Source: the human T2T-CHM13v2.0 reference genome, Homo sapiens. Taken from it: a stretch of DNA of 64,000 nt. Location: assembly GCF_009914755.1 (NCBI RefSeq), contig NC_060926.1; one strand, 5' to 3'. The notes under the pieces were generated by a model, which was not told the DNA's origin, searched no databases, and saw nothing but the letters and a program-made list of their open reading frames with translations. A program made the position numbers and the translations under genes. Shown in pieces: positions 29,032-46,415 of the stretch (position 1 is its first letter; each line of letters begins with the position of its first letter).

Positions 29032-30058
29032 ATAGGGAAAAATCAGAGCAGAAAAGCTGAAAATTCTAAAAGCCAGAGCGCCTCTTCTCCTCCAAAGGAT
29101 CGCAGCTCCTCGCCAGCAATGGAACAAAGCTGGACGGAGAACGACTTTGATGAGCTGACAGAAATAGGCTTCAGAAGGTCAGTACTAACAAACTTCTCTG
29201 AGCTAAAACAGCATGTTCTAACCCATCATGAGGAAGCTAAAAACCTTAAAAAAAGGTTAGACAAATGGCTAAAACTAGAATAAACAGTGTAGAGAAGACC
29301 TTAAATGACCTGATGGAGCTGAAAACCACAGCACAAGAACTTTGTGATGCATGGAAAGCTTCAATAGCCGATTCGATCAAGTGGAAGAAAGGATATCAGT
29401 AATTGAAGATAAAATTAATGAAATAAAGTGAGAAGACAAGATTAGAGAAAAAAGAGTAAACAGAAATGACCAAAGCCTCCAGGAAATATGAGACTATGTG
29501 AAAAGATCAAATCTACGTCTGATTGGTGTATCTGAAAGTGATAGGGAGAATGGAACCAAGTTAGAAAACACCCTTCAGGATATTATCCAGGAGAACTTCC
29601 CCAACTTAGCAAGGCAGGCCAACATTCAAATTCAGGAAATACAGAAAACACCACAAAGATACTCCTTGAGAAGAACAACTCCAGGACACATAATTGTCAG
29701 ATTCACCAAGGTTGAAATGAAGGAAAAAATGTTAAGGGCAGCCAGAGAGAAAGGTTGAGTTACCCACACAGGGAAGCCCATCAGACTAACAGTGGATCTC
29801 TTGGCAGAAACCCTACAAGCCAGAAGAGAGTGGGGGCCAATATTCAACATTCTTAAAAAAAAGAATTTTCAACACAGAATTGCATATCCGGCCAAACTAA
29901 GCTTCATAAGTGAAAGAGAAATAAAATCCTTTACAGACAAGCAAATGCTGAGAGATTTTGTCACCGTGAAGCCTGCTTTACAAGAGCTCCTGAAGGAAGC
30001 ACTAAACATGCAAAGGAACAACCAGTACCAGCTAGTACAAAAACATGCCAAATTGTAA
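29032..30058 (+). pseudogene. L1 ORF1p remnant (start ATG mutated to ATA, frameshifts and stops)
   Basis: Translated pieces GKNQSRKAENSK, KRSNLRLIGVSESDRENGTKLENTLQDIIQENFPNLARQ and YPAKLSFISE; stop TAA at 30056-30058. Confidence 0.92.
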
Positions 30059-30121
30059 AGACCATTGATGCTAGGAAGAAACTGCATCAATTAACGGGCA
30101 AAATAACCAGCTATCATCATA

Positions 30122-33584
<3,463 letters not shown>

Positions 33585-34454
33585 ATATTAAATATGTCCT
33601 CAATATTGTCCATGTCTTTTACATATGTCTTTTACATAAGTAAAAATGAAACACATTTTATAAGTTAATGACTGCATTGTAACAGGCTTGAAAGATAGAA
33701 TAACATATGTCAAAACAGCTAACCTGAAAGATTTAGATTTACTCTCTTTGGTTAGAAAATATTACACTAAATAGACTTAATTAGGATTTGTTTCTATATT
33801 AATCCTTAAGAATATATGTTTTACTATAATTCTTTGGATTTTATTAGAATAAACTCTAATCATTCAGAATCTAAACTTACAATTAATAATCTGAGTCATT
33901 TTTATTGTTTAAGATATTCTTCACACTCTGATATTTAAAACTCTTTCCTAAAAAGTAAATTTATAGCCATATATGAGAAATAATAGATGAACAACAGACT
34001 TCTAAGTCATAAAATACTGTTCAAAATTGAATGATAATTTCTATTTTCAGTCAGATTTTTCCCTTTTAATATTGAGATTCTTAGGATTAAAGGGAGAAAT
34101 ATTAGTTTTCCTCAGTTTAGAAAATTTGCTGCATATTAGGCAGTAGGGAAATTATTAGTATACACATATTTTCTACCCATTGAACTGTAGCTTGAGGTCA
34201 GAAATATTTTATGAATAGTGTTAACACTGATAAAATAAATTTATATAATTAATTTATATGTTTACATATTCTCTCTAATATTTCTCTGGGTTTTAAGTTT
34301 TTCCAGCTCATGTAATATTTTGAAATATTCATTATCTTCAAAATTTTTTCTTTTCTATAAATTTAATTTACTTAACAACTGTACCATAATATCTAAGATT
34401 TATCCACATTGTCTACATCATTTTATAATATCCTTTTTGAATGTACCTTGTGTT

Positions 34455-36005
34455 TTTAATTGACTTTATTTTAAAATCACAATAAAATTTGGAGGAAGGT
34501 ACAGAGTATACCCAATGCCCTCATACATAAACAGCCTCTCAATTATCAATATTCCCCACATTGTTATGTGGTACATTTGTTATGATACGTAAACTTACAC
34601 AGACACATAATTATCACCAAGAGACTGCAGCTTACATTAGGATTCACTCTTGATGCTGAGTATTTTATGATTTGGGACAAATGTATGGCATCCATCCACC
34701 ATTATGGTTTCACATAAAATAGTTTCACTGCTCTAAATATCATCTGTGCTCCACCTGTTCATTAATCTCTCCTCCTTAGCCCTGGATGGCACTGGCCTTT
34801 TTACTGTCTCAATAGTTTGCTTTTTTTCAGATTGTCATATAGTTGGAATGATATAGCATGTAGTCTTTTCAGATTGGCTCCTTTCTTGTAGTAATGCATT
34901 TAGGCTTTTCTCCATTTCTTTTTATGGCTTGATAGCTCATTTCTTTTTAGCACTGTATATGCCATTGGATGTATCATAGTTCATCCATTCACCTACTGAA
35001 GGATATCTTGGTTGCCTCCGAGTTTTGGCAATTATGAATTATAAGCATTCATGTGCAGGTGTTTGTGTAGACGTATTTTCAACTTTTTTGGTAAATACCA
35101 AATAGTGTGATTTGTGTAGTATTGGAATAATAATAAGTTAATAAGTTGTGTAAGAAACTGCCAAACTGCCTTCCAAAGTGACTGTACCATTTTGAATCCC
35201 TACCACCAATGAATGAGAGTTTTTCTTGCTCCAAACCCTCATCAGCACTTAAAGTTGTCAGTGTTGTGCCAAGCTAATAGGTGTGTAGTCATATCTAATT
35301 GTTTTAATTTGCATTTCTTTGATGAGATACGATGTGGAGCAACTTTTCATATGCTTATTTGCCATCTGCATGTCTTCTTTGGCAGGTGTTTTTTAAGGTC
35401 TTTGGCTCTTTTATTTTCCATTGGATTGTTTCCTAGTTGTTGTGTTTTAAGAATTCTTTGTGATTTTGAACAACAGTTATTTATTAAAAAATACAATATA
35501 TTGTGATTATAATAGTCATTCAATCCATTTTGAGTTCAATTTTGAGAAGTGTGTAAAGTTTGTGTCTAGATTAATTTTTTTTTGGATGTGGATATCCAGT
35601 TGTTTCAGTAGCATCATTTCATACATTGTATTGTCTTTGCCCTTTTGTTAGAGATCGGTTGACTATATTTATGTGGAGCTATTTTGGGGTTCTCTATACT
35701 GTTCAACTGATCTATTTGTCCATTCTTTCACCAATATTACATTGTCTTTATTACTGTAGTTTTATAGTCATTTTTGAAGTTGAGTGGCATGAGTCCCTAA
35801 ACACTGTTCTTCTCCTTCAATATTGTGTTGGCAACTGTGGGTCTCTTGTCTCTGTATAAACTCAATCAGTTTGTTGACATTTACAAAATAATTTGCTGAA
35901 ATTTTTGACTGAGATTGCATTGAATCTATACATTAAGTTGAGAGGAAGGTCTTAGCAATATTAAGTCTGCCTATCCCTGAAAGTGGAATACCTCTTCATT
36001 TATTT
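34455..36005 (-). mobile_element. L1MC/L1MD-like 3' portion
   Basis: Antisense 3'UTR/ORF2 motifs (GCTTACATTAGGATTCACTCTTG, GAAACTGCCAAACTGCCTTCCAAAGTG, GATTGCATTGAATCTATA). Confidence 0.78.
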
Positions 36006-38335
36006 CTAGCAAGATTGGAGAAACTTTTGTGGGTTATATATCCTCAGTTATGTTTTCCAAATTGTTTACTCTCTCTCCTCTCTCAGGAATGCCAATGAGT
36101 TATAGGTTTCGTTTTTTACATAATTTCATATTTCTCAGAGCTTTTGTACATTTTAAAAATTCTTTTTGTCTTTTTTTATGGCTGTCTGAATTGATTTGAA
36201 GTACCAGCCTTCAAGCTCTAAGATTCTTTCCATCAGCTATTCTGATGTCAATACTTCCAACTATATTTTAAAATTCCTGTAGCGAATGTTTTTCCAGAAT
36301 TTCAATTGAGTTCTCTCTTAAAATGGCTATATTTTCTTTCAGCTCTTGGAGAGTTTTTCTAACTTCCTTGGATTGGGTTTTAACTTTCTTCTGAATCTCG
36401 TTAAGTTTTCTTGACATCCCATTTCTGAATTCTATATCTGTTATTTTAGCAATTTCAATCTGATTAGGAACAATTGCTGGGTAGTTAGTGTAATTGTTTG
36501 GGGATATGGGGACCCTCTAACTTTTTGATTGCCAGAGATCTTGTTCTGATTTTTTCTCACCTGAGAAGGATGGTTTTCCTTCATATTTTTGAAGTTTCTA
36601 TCAATAAGGTGGGACATTTTATTTTTATATTTTTTATTTCCCTTGAGAGTTTGACCATGGTATAAGGTTAAGTATAATCTAATGGCTTTGTTTCTGAGTG
36701 TTTTCAGAGGGTCATATCTCTGTGTGGAATTTTTATTTGTGACCAGATTTCTGCATGAGGTTTCACCAGCAATCTATCCTGGAAGAATTTTTATTTGGTA
36801 GTGTCATTCAGGCTGTCATCCAGTAGACGATGCTTAAGAGTAAGGTCTGGCAGATATGCTCTTGCTCAGCTGTACTCATAACTCTTGTCTATTTTAGTGA
36901 GTTTGCAACTGTGTTCTGGGGTGGGTGAGATGGATGGGTATAGCGACACTCCCCTCACCAAGTTTATTCCTGGGTCTTGGGCAGCCCCCTCCAATCACTG
37001 GTGCTATGCCTGTGTCTCCTTACCCCTGAAGGAAGCCCTGACAGCCTGCGCCACTCCTTCCCGTAGAGGCTGCCTGAGCTGAAGGTGAGGTTGCCAGGTG
37101 CCCCACAGCTTCCCAGGGACCCGCGTGTCCTCATTGCTTGGCAGAGTCAGAGTGGGTTGTAGTGTATCTCTGCAGGTGGTTTGTTGATGCAATGGGTCAA
37201 GGGTGAGGGATCCTTGGACAGGGTGGTGTTGTTGTGGGTGTTGTGTAGTGCCTGTTGCCCAGGGCTTTTTGCTTAGCAGATGGCTGTGGGAACTTCCCAG
37301 CTCACACTCCTCTGACTGGGTCTCCTTCTGGGGTCTGTTCCAGTAGCTTTCCCGACCAGCTAGTTTTGTTTCAAGTTCACAGCACTCATCACTGGCCTGT
37401 TAGTTTTTCCAGGCTGTGGGGCTCACTCAGCAGAGGATGTAATCGGTACATAGGCTACACCCTTTTCAAACCAGTCTTGCCAAGTGAGGCACACCCACAT
37501 CCTGCGTTGGTCCAAGAACTCACACCGTACTTTCTCAGTATTCTGAGAGTGGGGTCTTGTCTGCTTCTCAAGCTCCAGCCACAGAAGATTTCAGCTCAAT
37601 ATTCTTGAGCTGTGTGCTCAAACCCTGGGAGGTTGGGTCCCAGCCCACGTCTTTGTCCTCTGGACCCTTGGGGTTGAACACTGGCTATGCCAGTGGGGCT
37701 GAGGTGCTCCCAGGCCACTGGCAACATTTTCAGGTGGGGCAGTGGAGGCTGTGGTGTGTGAATGCTTTTACAGGAGTGACCAGGCAGGGATCTTTGGAGG
37801 GTATGGCAGATGGGCTGGGAGGGTGCGGAGATGCAGATCAGATGTGCGCTGGTCCTGTGGGATAGGCAGCCCTCAGAGCAAGATGGAAAGCTTTGGGGAA
37901 TTGTTGCCTATGATTGCATTTTGCTGCAGCTGCCCTGCATGCAAAATCTTGGGCTCCAAGCAAGGCTCAAGTTGTGTCTCTACTTATTCTCTGGTCATTC
38001 CCCCTGCCAATTCAAAGTTTATGGGGTCATGGGACCCATAGAGTTAGAGTTGGGATCCCAGAAGTTCACAGCAAAGCTGTGTTGCCCCAGTCTCTTCACT
38101 CACCCCTTTCTTAGGTCCTATTCATGGCCAGGAGCTGGTTCTGGCACTTGGCAACTCTTTGTAGGGTTCTCATCTTCTTCCCTCTTCCTTTTTGGTGTCT
38201 CCACTGCCTCTGTATTGACTTTCAGTGCTTTCTCTCAAAAGATCTGTTCAAAAGTTTGATGGCTTACTGAATATTTTGGTTTCTCATGGCAGGAGATGTG
38301 CTTCCGGAGCATCAATTTGGTCATCGTATCCCCCT
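36006..38335 (-). mobile_element. L1 (L1MA/L1PB-age) ORF1 plus long GC-richer 5'UTR
   Basis: Antisense ORF1 motifs (CTCTCAGGAATGCCAATGAG, TCTTCTGAATCTCGTTAAGTTT), followed by 5'UTR-like sequence that ends near GTCATCGTATCCCCC. Confidence 0.65.
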
Positions 38336-39790
38336 TTATCCTGACTTTCTTTTGACTAAGGTTAACATCATATATTTTACTCCATTCATTTACTTTTAAT
38401 CCATATATATATTTTTAATTTATAGTGGGTTTCCCGTAGGCAACAGGTAGCTGAATCTTATTTTTGATCCACTCATTCTTCATCTTTTAATGGATGCATT
38501 TAAACTGTTGACATTGAAAATGATTATGATATATTTGGATTAAAACTATATTTGTTACTGTTTCTTATTTGCCATCCTTATTTTTATTTTTCTATTTTGT
38601 CTTGTACTCTTTTGCCTTTTGTGGTGTTAACTGAGCATTTTATATGATTTCTCTTTCCCTGCTGCCATCTATCTGCATACATTTTTCATTTGTGTTTTCA
38701 TGCTGTCTACTTTATCAGTTAACACCCTTAGTATATTAACCATAGTTGTTTTAAATTCCCAGTCTGATAATCCCAACAATTCTACCTATCTGAGTCTGTC
38801 TCTGATGCCCATTCTTCCAATGGTATGTTTTGCTTTTTAGTATGCCTTGTAATTTTGTCTTGATAACCAGACATGTCATAGTGGGTGACAGGAACTGCTG
38901 CAAGTAAGAATTTAGTAGTGAGTGGTAAGGTGTGTGGAGAGAGAGATACCTTTTATAGTCTTATGATTGGTTCTTAGACTTTTAGTACTCTTCTGGACTG
39001 TGAACTTCACAAGTGCTTCTAAGTTTCTCCTCAACCTGTCTTGGCTAGAAGGCTGGAATTGGTTATTTCCCTTCTATGTTAAAGCTTCCTATGTGTAAGG
39101 TCTGAGGAGGCCAGAGTGGGTTATTTCCTTCCCTTCAAGTCAGTTAAGCTCCGATAAATCCAAACAGATTAGGCTCTGGTTAAATAGTTCCTCCTGAGGG
39201 CATACCTTGTTAAGAAAAATAAAATGATCTGTTGTATTTCAAAATGGTTTGTCTTTTCCTCCCCTTGCTAGAAGCACAAGGAGATTTTTCTCTGATATTC
39301 ACTTTGAGGACCACGTCAAGATCCTGAAGGTACAACTCACAAAAGTGTGGGAGCCCTTCTATAACTGGGTAACCTTGGATTTTAAAATTTTGGCGTTGTC
39401 CCTTGAACCCGGGAGGCAAAGTTTACAATGAGCTTAGATTGCACCACTGCACTCCAGTCTGGGCGACAGAGTATGACTCCATCTCAACAACAACAACAAC
39501 AAAAATTCAGTGTTATCCACAGTGAGCCTCCAGGAATTCATCAATTAAAGTTCAGGTTTTCTGACCTTGTCCCTGATTCTTCTGAAAGTTCCTGCTTGTA
39601 GTTTTCTGATCTGTTAGTTATGATTCTCCATATTTGCCTGCCTAGCTCTCCAATTTTGGGGGCAGTGGTTTTTCCTGTGAAATCACTTTTCTTATGAATA
39701 TGAGAAGAGTTGATTTCTTCAGTTTGTTCAGTTTTATACTTGTTAGGATGGAGTGGTGGCTTCCAAACTTCTTACATGCCATACAGGAAA
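38336..39790 (-). mobile_element. Old L1M 5' portion (ORF2 start to 5'UTR)
   Basis: CATTCATTTACTTTTAATCC, GTTTTAAATTCCCAGTCTGATAAT, ending CTTCCAAACTTCTTACATGC. Confidence 0.6.
39402..39501 (+). mobile_element. 5'-truncated Alu right-arm fragment with (CAA)n tail
   Basis: CTTGAACCCGGGAGGC...GACTCCATCTC. Degenerate TSD AAAATTTTGGCGTTGTCC / AAAATTCAGTGTTATCC. Confidence 0.85.
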
Positions 39791-40724
39791 CCAAACCTTG
39801 TTTTTAATTCCCTCTAGTGCTTGCTAATGATTTTACTTGGCATAGGTACTTCAAGAACTACCAACTGTTCTAACTGCAGAGATGTTTGTTGTTTTTATTT
39901 TTAAATGTGCAAGAAATTTCTCTCTTCAAAACAGCATGTGCACGCCAACGTCATACCATGAAAAATGTTATATTTATGAAAGTCCACTATAGAAACAATG
40001 TTGTACAGTCCTCTGAAAATTCGGAAGCTGATATTACAATCTCACTATCTAAGCAAATATCATAAAAATAGCACCATGTGAGATCACCAGGTCATTACTC
40101 TCAAAAAATGATAAATCAGAACACAATTTTAATAGTTTCCTTGCATAAAGAAAAATAGTCATATTGTGCCAGAAATAATTTTTTATTTGACTAGAAATAC
40201 CTGTGGTTGTGTATATATGTACATGTATATAAGTATATGTATTTGTATATATGTGTGCATATCTATGCCTACATACCCACGTGCTACATTTTGCATCTGT
40301 GGATTTTACTGTATGCCAATAATAACTCAATAAATATGTTTTTAAATCATTATAGGAAATTACTAAAGAACTAAGTGAAATTTAAAATAATGGCAAATAA
40401 TTTTTCTTTAAAAATACAGCATATGTAAACTTAGGAAGACCAATGTCAGGTAGACATATTCAGAAAAGAAGTTTTAAAGACAGAGGAGCTTTGAACAAGA
40501 CCTTAAAGCAAATGAAAGATAGGATTTTATCTATGTGTGGATGGGGAGTACACAATTTACAAAGGATAATGGAAATGCTTAGTTACATTTATATATTACC
40601 TAAAAAGGAGAAGCAAACCCATGTGTTTACTAGGTGCACATTATTATCAGTTGATGGCAGAAAAAAATAACAGTAACCTTGTAATTTCTGAAGGACCTTG
40701 ATCAACTCACTCTACATAATGCAA

Positions 40725-40950
40725 TGATTAAAAGCAAGGTGTCTGAAGTCTAGTGACTTGGTTTTAATTCATTGTCCCCAATTCCTTAGCTCTGTTATTT
40801 CGGAGAATATATTTAATATCTCAAAGCCTCAGTTTCTTATTTATAAAGTAGGAAAGACAGAAACATGCACTTTTGAAATCTGTGGTAAAGATTCAGTGAC
40901 ATAAAATATAGAAGCTCCTTAGCACTGTGTTTGCTGCAGAATAAGTCCTC
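40725..40950 (+). mobile_element. MIR SINE
   Basis: Core TTTAATATCTCAAAGCCTCAGTTTCTTATTTATAAAGT and tail GCTCCTTAGCACTGTG. Confidence 0.7.
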
Positions 40951-41329
40951 ACATTTTTAATGTAAATTAGACACTATTATGAGAAAAATGTTTTCTGGGA
41001 TAGTCTGTGTGGTACTAAGATGAAGCTGTATTTTTTAACATATTACTTCATAATACTTTGCCATGCTAACAAATGACGAATTTAGCACTGGGAGAGAAAA
41101 GGTAAATAATTTCCTCATTAAGTAAAGTTCACATCAATGAAGAAAAAAATTTTTAAATAGAAACTCTGATAATGTTTCTGTGATATCTCAAATCTGTGTA
41201 TGTGCTCAGTGGTGTGAAAGATTATTACTTGATTAATGATATCTAGGCCATGTTCATCAAAGTCCCTCTATTCATTAGCCCAGTCTTACAGTAATAAAAA
41301 TAATTTCAACCTGTTATGAAAACTAAGAG

Positions 41330-41709
41330 TGATATGGTTTGACTCTGTGTCCCCACTCAAATCTCATGTTGAATTATGATCTTCACTTTTGGAGGAGAGG
41401 CCTCGTGGGATGTGACTGGATCATGGGGGCAGATTTCCCCCTTGCTGTTCTCGTGACAGTGAGTGAGTTTTCATGAGACTTAGTTGTTTAAAAGTGTGTA
41501 ACACTTCCTTCCCTCTGTCTCCCCTGTCGCCATGTGAAAACTGGCTTGCTTCCCACTCACCTTTCTGCCATGATTGTAAGTTTCCTGAGGCCTTTCCAGA
41601 CATGCCGCCTATATAGCCTGTGGAACTGTGAGTCAATTAAAATGCTTCTCTTCATAAATTATCCAGTGTCAGATAGTTCTTTATAGCAGTGTGAGAATGA
41701 ACTAAAACA
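41330..41709 (+). mobile_element. MSTA-like MaLR solo LTR
   Basis: TGATATGGTTTGACTCTGTGTCCCCAC ... AGCAGTGTGAGAATGAACTAAAACA. Confidence 0.88.
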
Positions 41710-42778
41710 GAGGGTGATCAAGAAAATCTGAATATTAGGTGCACTAGGTTTTACTAAAAGGGCATATAGAAAATAATTTGACATTGACCTTTATATGTGG
41801 AAAACCAAAAGAGCCACATTATTAGCACAAAATTCAGAGACAGGGCTATTAGATTTAAACAATATTTTCCTTAAGAAATAATAGCACCAAAAGGAGGTTA
41901 AATCAAAGCAGAAACTGGTTATTTTTAGAAAGGACAACAAACAGTACAAATAAAGCCCATGGCAGATTGATGCTTCCTATACAGTAATGCTATTTAGATG
42001 TACAGGGTATCAACATCTTTGACATTAAGTAAGAAAGATAATCATTGCTTTAACTAAATAAATCTTCAGTGAAATCTAGGGCAATTTAGAGCTATTTCTT
42101 GTCACAAATTATTTAGAGGCATAGTTTGTCCAAATGGAACTTGTGTTTCTTCCAACTATTTTCATGTCGCTTCTCAAAAAAAGATTGTTGAATGGATTTA
42201 CTCATTAACAGAAGTCTCAATAGGCCAACTCCAGAAAATAACAAATAGAGAGAGAAAAAATGGAAGAGTAAATTGAGTTTGAATTTTTAATGCTATGCAT
42301 ATCAAACTTAGGAGTAGTTAACCATATGCCAAAAAATCTGGTTTCTTGATAACATTAATAAAGTCACACTCAAATAACATTATCTCATCGAAATTATCAC
42401 TTAAGCCTTTTTTCTTTGCATCATTATATTTCAGTGCCCACTAGGGACAACCTGAATGCCCTCATTACCAGCCACATAGCACATTTTATAGTGATGGTGA
42501 ACAGGTTATATAACCAGTAGAAGACAATGTACTGCATAACAGCATCCCTCTCCCTGCTTTATTAATAGATTGGACACTAGGCTATTTCTGATGTACTAGC
42601 AGGACCTCAGAAAAATCTAGGTTACTACACAAACTTAGAGACTCATAAAAATCCAGAGCTGCTTTTTATAGGCTTATTTATCCAAGTTCTTTCTCATAAT
42701 CTATTTATGAAGCTCAACAGAAACGTTGATAAAAAATATAATGGTTGGGTTAGCTCTTTGACAGTATGAAAGTTAGGA

Positions 42779-42817
42779 TGTGTGTGTGTATGTGTGTGTG
42801 TGCATGTGTGTCTGTGT
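42779..42817 (+). repeat. Imperfect (TG)n microsatellite
   Basis: Directly visible. Confidence 0.9.
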
Positions 42818-43480
42818 AAAAATGCTCTGTCCTATACATTTCCCTAAATACTTTCACAAGTTTCACTACTCTACCCACACTACAGATTTTATGATATAAG
42901 TACTGCTCCTCCAGCCTGAGGCAGAGATTCTACCACTAGCACCCCTACTAAATCACTCCATAAATATGTCATCCCTGAGAAGGCCTAAGACCCTCACCAA
43001 TAAATTCCAGGTTATTTGGAAGGCACCACAGGCTCCACATCATTTCTTGAGGATACACATCTTTTAAATAGTATGAGCAATGAATACCTTATCTGAGTAA
43101 ATGAGTGCCATTTGTGTCCATTGACATTAGATATTTAGGGGCAGGTATAGGTAAAGTAGAGTTCATCTTTGATATGAGAGCAACAAATGGCACATACATC
43201 TGTAGTAGACCACTATTCCATAGTCTTCCAATAAATCCTCATATTGGTTTTCTTTCTTAGCTTGCTATTTTCTTCCTGTGAGTTACTTTTATTTCAGTAG
43301 ACAAAATTTATGAACTCTATCTCTGTGCTTCTTCTTGCTCTGTTGGTTAAGTGGCCTAGGTCACCGGATATCTAAATTCACCAAACTCAACTTATGACTA
43401 TCTTATTTGCTTACTAGCAACTCTGACACATCAGTTTCATCCAATTTACTTAGCATCTATCTTCTACAAATGTTGCTCAG

Positions 43481-43854
43481 TGTATTAGTCTGTTCTCAAG
43501 CTGCTATGAAGAAATACCAGAGACTGGGTAATTTATAAAGAAGAAGGGTTTAATTGACTCACAGTTCTGCATTGCTGGGGAGGCCTCAGGAAACTTACAG
43601 TCATGGCAGAAGGAGGAGAAGCAGGAACCTTCTTCACAGGGTGACAGGATGAAGTAAGTGCCAGAAGGGGAAATGCCAGATGTTCATAAAACCATCAGAT
43701 CTTGTGACAACTCACTCACTATCACAAGAACACATGGGGGAAACTGCCCTCAAGATTCAATTACCTCCCACTGGGTCCCACCCATAACACATAAAGATTA
43801 TGGGGATTACAATTCAAGATGAGATGAGGGTGGGGATACAGCCAAACCATATCA
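43481..43854 (-). mobile_element. THE1D-like MaLR solo LTR
   Basis: TGTATTAGTCTGTTCTC ... GCCAAACCATATCA. Perfect TSD CTCAG at 43476-43480 and 43855-43859. Confidence 0.92.
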
Positions 43855-44199
43855 CTCAGTTTATCCATATTGTATCAGAAAGGTAGCAGATTATAATTCA
43901 TGGGGGAAATATATGTGTAAAAGACTGTTCTCCTTCTAGCCCACTCAGGGATATTTGGAGTCTAAAAAGACTATGCTTCTGATCACAAATTTATTTATTT
44001 TCAACAAATGCCATGAAGCATACACTGGAGAAATTTAAAAATTTATGTTTATTCTTTCTCTGTGCAAGGATGCCTTGGAGGAACCAACACTGTGCTTACT
44101 CTAGGTCTTAATTTTAAACAAAGTCAGAGTTTCATTAAGAGAGTCACTAAGTTTCATTAAGAGTGTCACTAATGCTGTTTACAAAGAGGTACAAAACAG

Positions 44200-44655
44200 G
44201 TATCACAGGCTATCAGTTTTCCACCTCTCTATCCTTGGCTATGCCTGAGGTAATTTGCAAAGATATCTTATACATGCTGACCACTTCCTGCATCTCCACT
44301 CTAGGGATTTCTCTGGCCATGGGAGTCTGCTGGGCACAAGGCAAGTGCCAGTGCAATCAAGCCATTGCCCCTAGAGCCTCTAGGAATTGTAGATGAATTC
44401 TTCAATTCCCTGCTACTCACTGGAAAAATTCTGTGGCATGTTTTTTACAATGTTTCAGTGGATTCTGATGATATTAAGCCTAGTCACCCATGGTGAGAAC
44501 TTATTTATTAATATTCTTTATTGTCTTTACTTCTTTTCTTTTCTCAATTCTCAACTGTCTCAGAGTGCTTCCAGTGCTCAATTCACAAATAAATGTATTG
44601 TATCCAAATTCCTGTCATGGTATCTATTTACATCAGAACCCAAATTAAAGCAAAA
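44200..44655 (+). mobile_element. Old ERVL LTR (LTR16/LTR33-like)
   Basis: 3' end CAAATAAATGTATTGTATCCAAATTCCTGTCATGG...GAACCCAAATTAAAGCA. Confidence 0.45.
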
Positions 44656-44960
44656 CGAATAGATTTGTTTCCAGATTTGATCATATGTCCAGTACACATA
44701 GCACATTTGTTGCCTATTTACTTTATTATTTTGATCTCTGCTTCAGGACGTGATTAGAGAAGTAGTCCAAATGTTTTTATTGTTAAGTTACCATGGATAT
44801 TATATCCATTATTTATATACATTTTGTTCAAAGACATTTGGTATTTCTTCTTAGCAGCTTAAAAATTAAATTAGGATGGTGTCACATTTTATAAATCCTT
44901 GAATTTTAATTAGACACAAAGGATATGATTGTCAAGTAATCCCTACACAAATCAGATATC

Positions 44961-45389
44961 TGTTGTTAGGGGTTCAATTGTGTGACCCCAGAAAATATAT
45001 CCAAGTCATAACCTCTAGTTCTTTAGAATGTGAACTTATTTGGAAACAGGGTCATTGCTCATGTAATTTGTTAATATGAGGTCATACGGAAGTGTGGTGG
45101 ACTGGTGTTTTCACGACAAAGTGGCCATATGAAGATAGACACTCACACAGGGAGAAGCCATATGACAAAGAAGGAAGAGACTGGCGTTATGCAGCTGCAA
45201 GCCAAGGAACACCCAAAATTGTCCACAAACCACTAGAAACTATGAAGAGGAAAGGAAAGAGTCTCATATGGTATTGCCTATGCCTTTATTTCAGACTTCT
45301 AGCCTCCAGAACTGTGAGAAAATAAATTTCTTTTGTTCTAAGTCACCCAATTTGTAGTACTTTGTTATGGCAGACCCATAACTAATCCA
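44961..45389 (+). mobile_element. MLT1B/C-like MaLR solo LTR
   Basis: GAATGTGAACTTATTTGGAAACAGGGTCATTG ... GACTTCTAGCCTCCAGAACTGTGAGAAAATAAATTTC ... ACTAATCCA. Confidence 0.85.
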
Positions 45390-46121
45390 CTTGGTATCAA
45401 GCTTTATTAAAAATACATGGATACAAGTATTCAGAAGGAACAGGCAAACAGGGATAAATCCAGATCAGGAGTTGCAGCACCTCAGATCCTTCCTTCTTAC
45501 ATGAAACACACTTTGACCACATTAATATAAAAGTATCTAAAAAATGTCAGTAGCTACATTAATAACAGAGAAGGCAGCCACTCAGTCATCCCCATTTTAT
45601 ACTTAAATATTTAAGTAGTTGATAGTATATTTACCAGGGACCCATGCCATACAAATTTGTAAATCCCAGGTGTCTTTACTACAATCATCTAGACAAATTA
45701 AGGTAAATCCTGCTAAAGCATTTCATAGATAAGAATTCTCCTACTGGCAACACTATTAAATACTTGACTTGGAGTTCTGTCATTAGCATGTTTTCAAGAT
45801 TTGATAGGCTCTTTTTCCCAGGAAAGGGAGGGAATAGATTAAAGACCTAATGCTTAACCATTTTCTTCTTACCTAATAAAAGTATATTTATGACATCTCA
45901 AATGTATTGCCTAACTCTCCACAGATTTTAGGGATAAATCTTAATTGATTGAAGATAATTATGAGTTAGGTAATATCTGTTGTATTCACACTTTTTGTTA
46001 TTGTATTATTTTAAATGTTTTGTTTTTAGTCTTAGAAACACATATGTTAGAGTTTTGCTGCTTCCTGGTTATGTTACCATGAGTGGGTCACTTAATCTTT
46101 CTCAAATCAAGTTACTCTTTT

Positions 46122-46415
<294 letters not shown>

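Noticed and set aside
36885-38259. Cluster of ORFs in a GC-richer region suggesting exons
   Set aside because: Best explained as the antisense 5'UTR of an old L1; no recognisable protein motifs.
41325-41714. TSDs for the MSTA LTR (and the THE1B LTR at 53312)
   Set aside because: The flanks AAGAG/GAGGG and AGTGG/AAGGG do not match well enough to claim a TSD.
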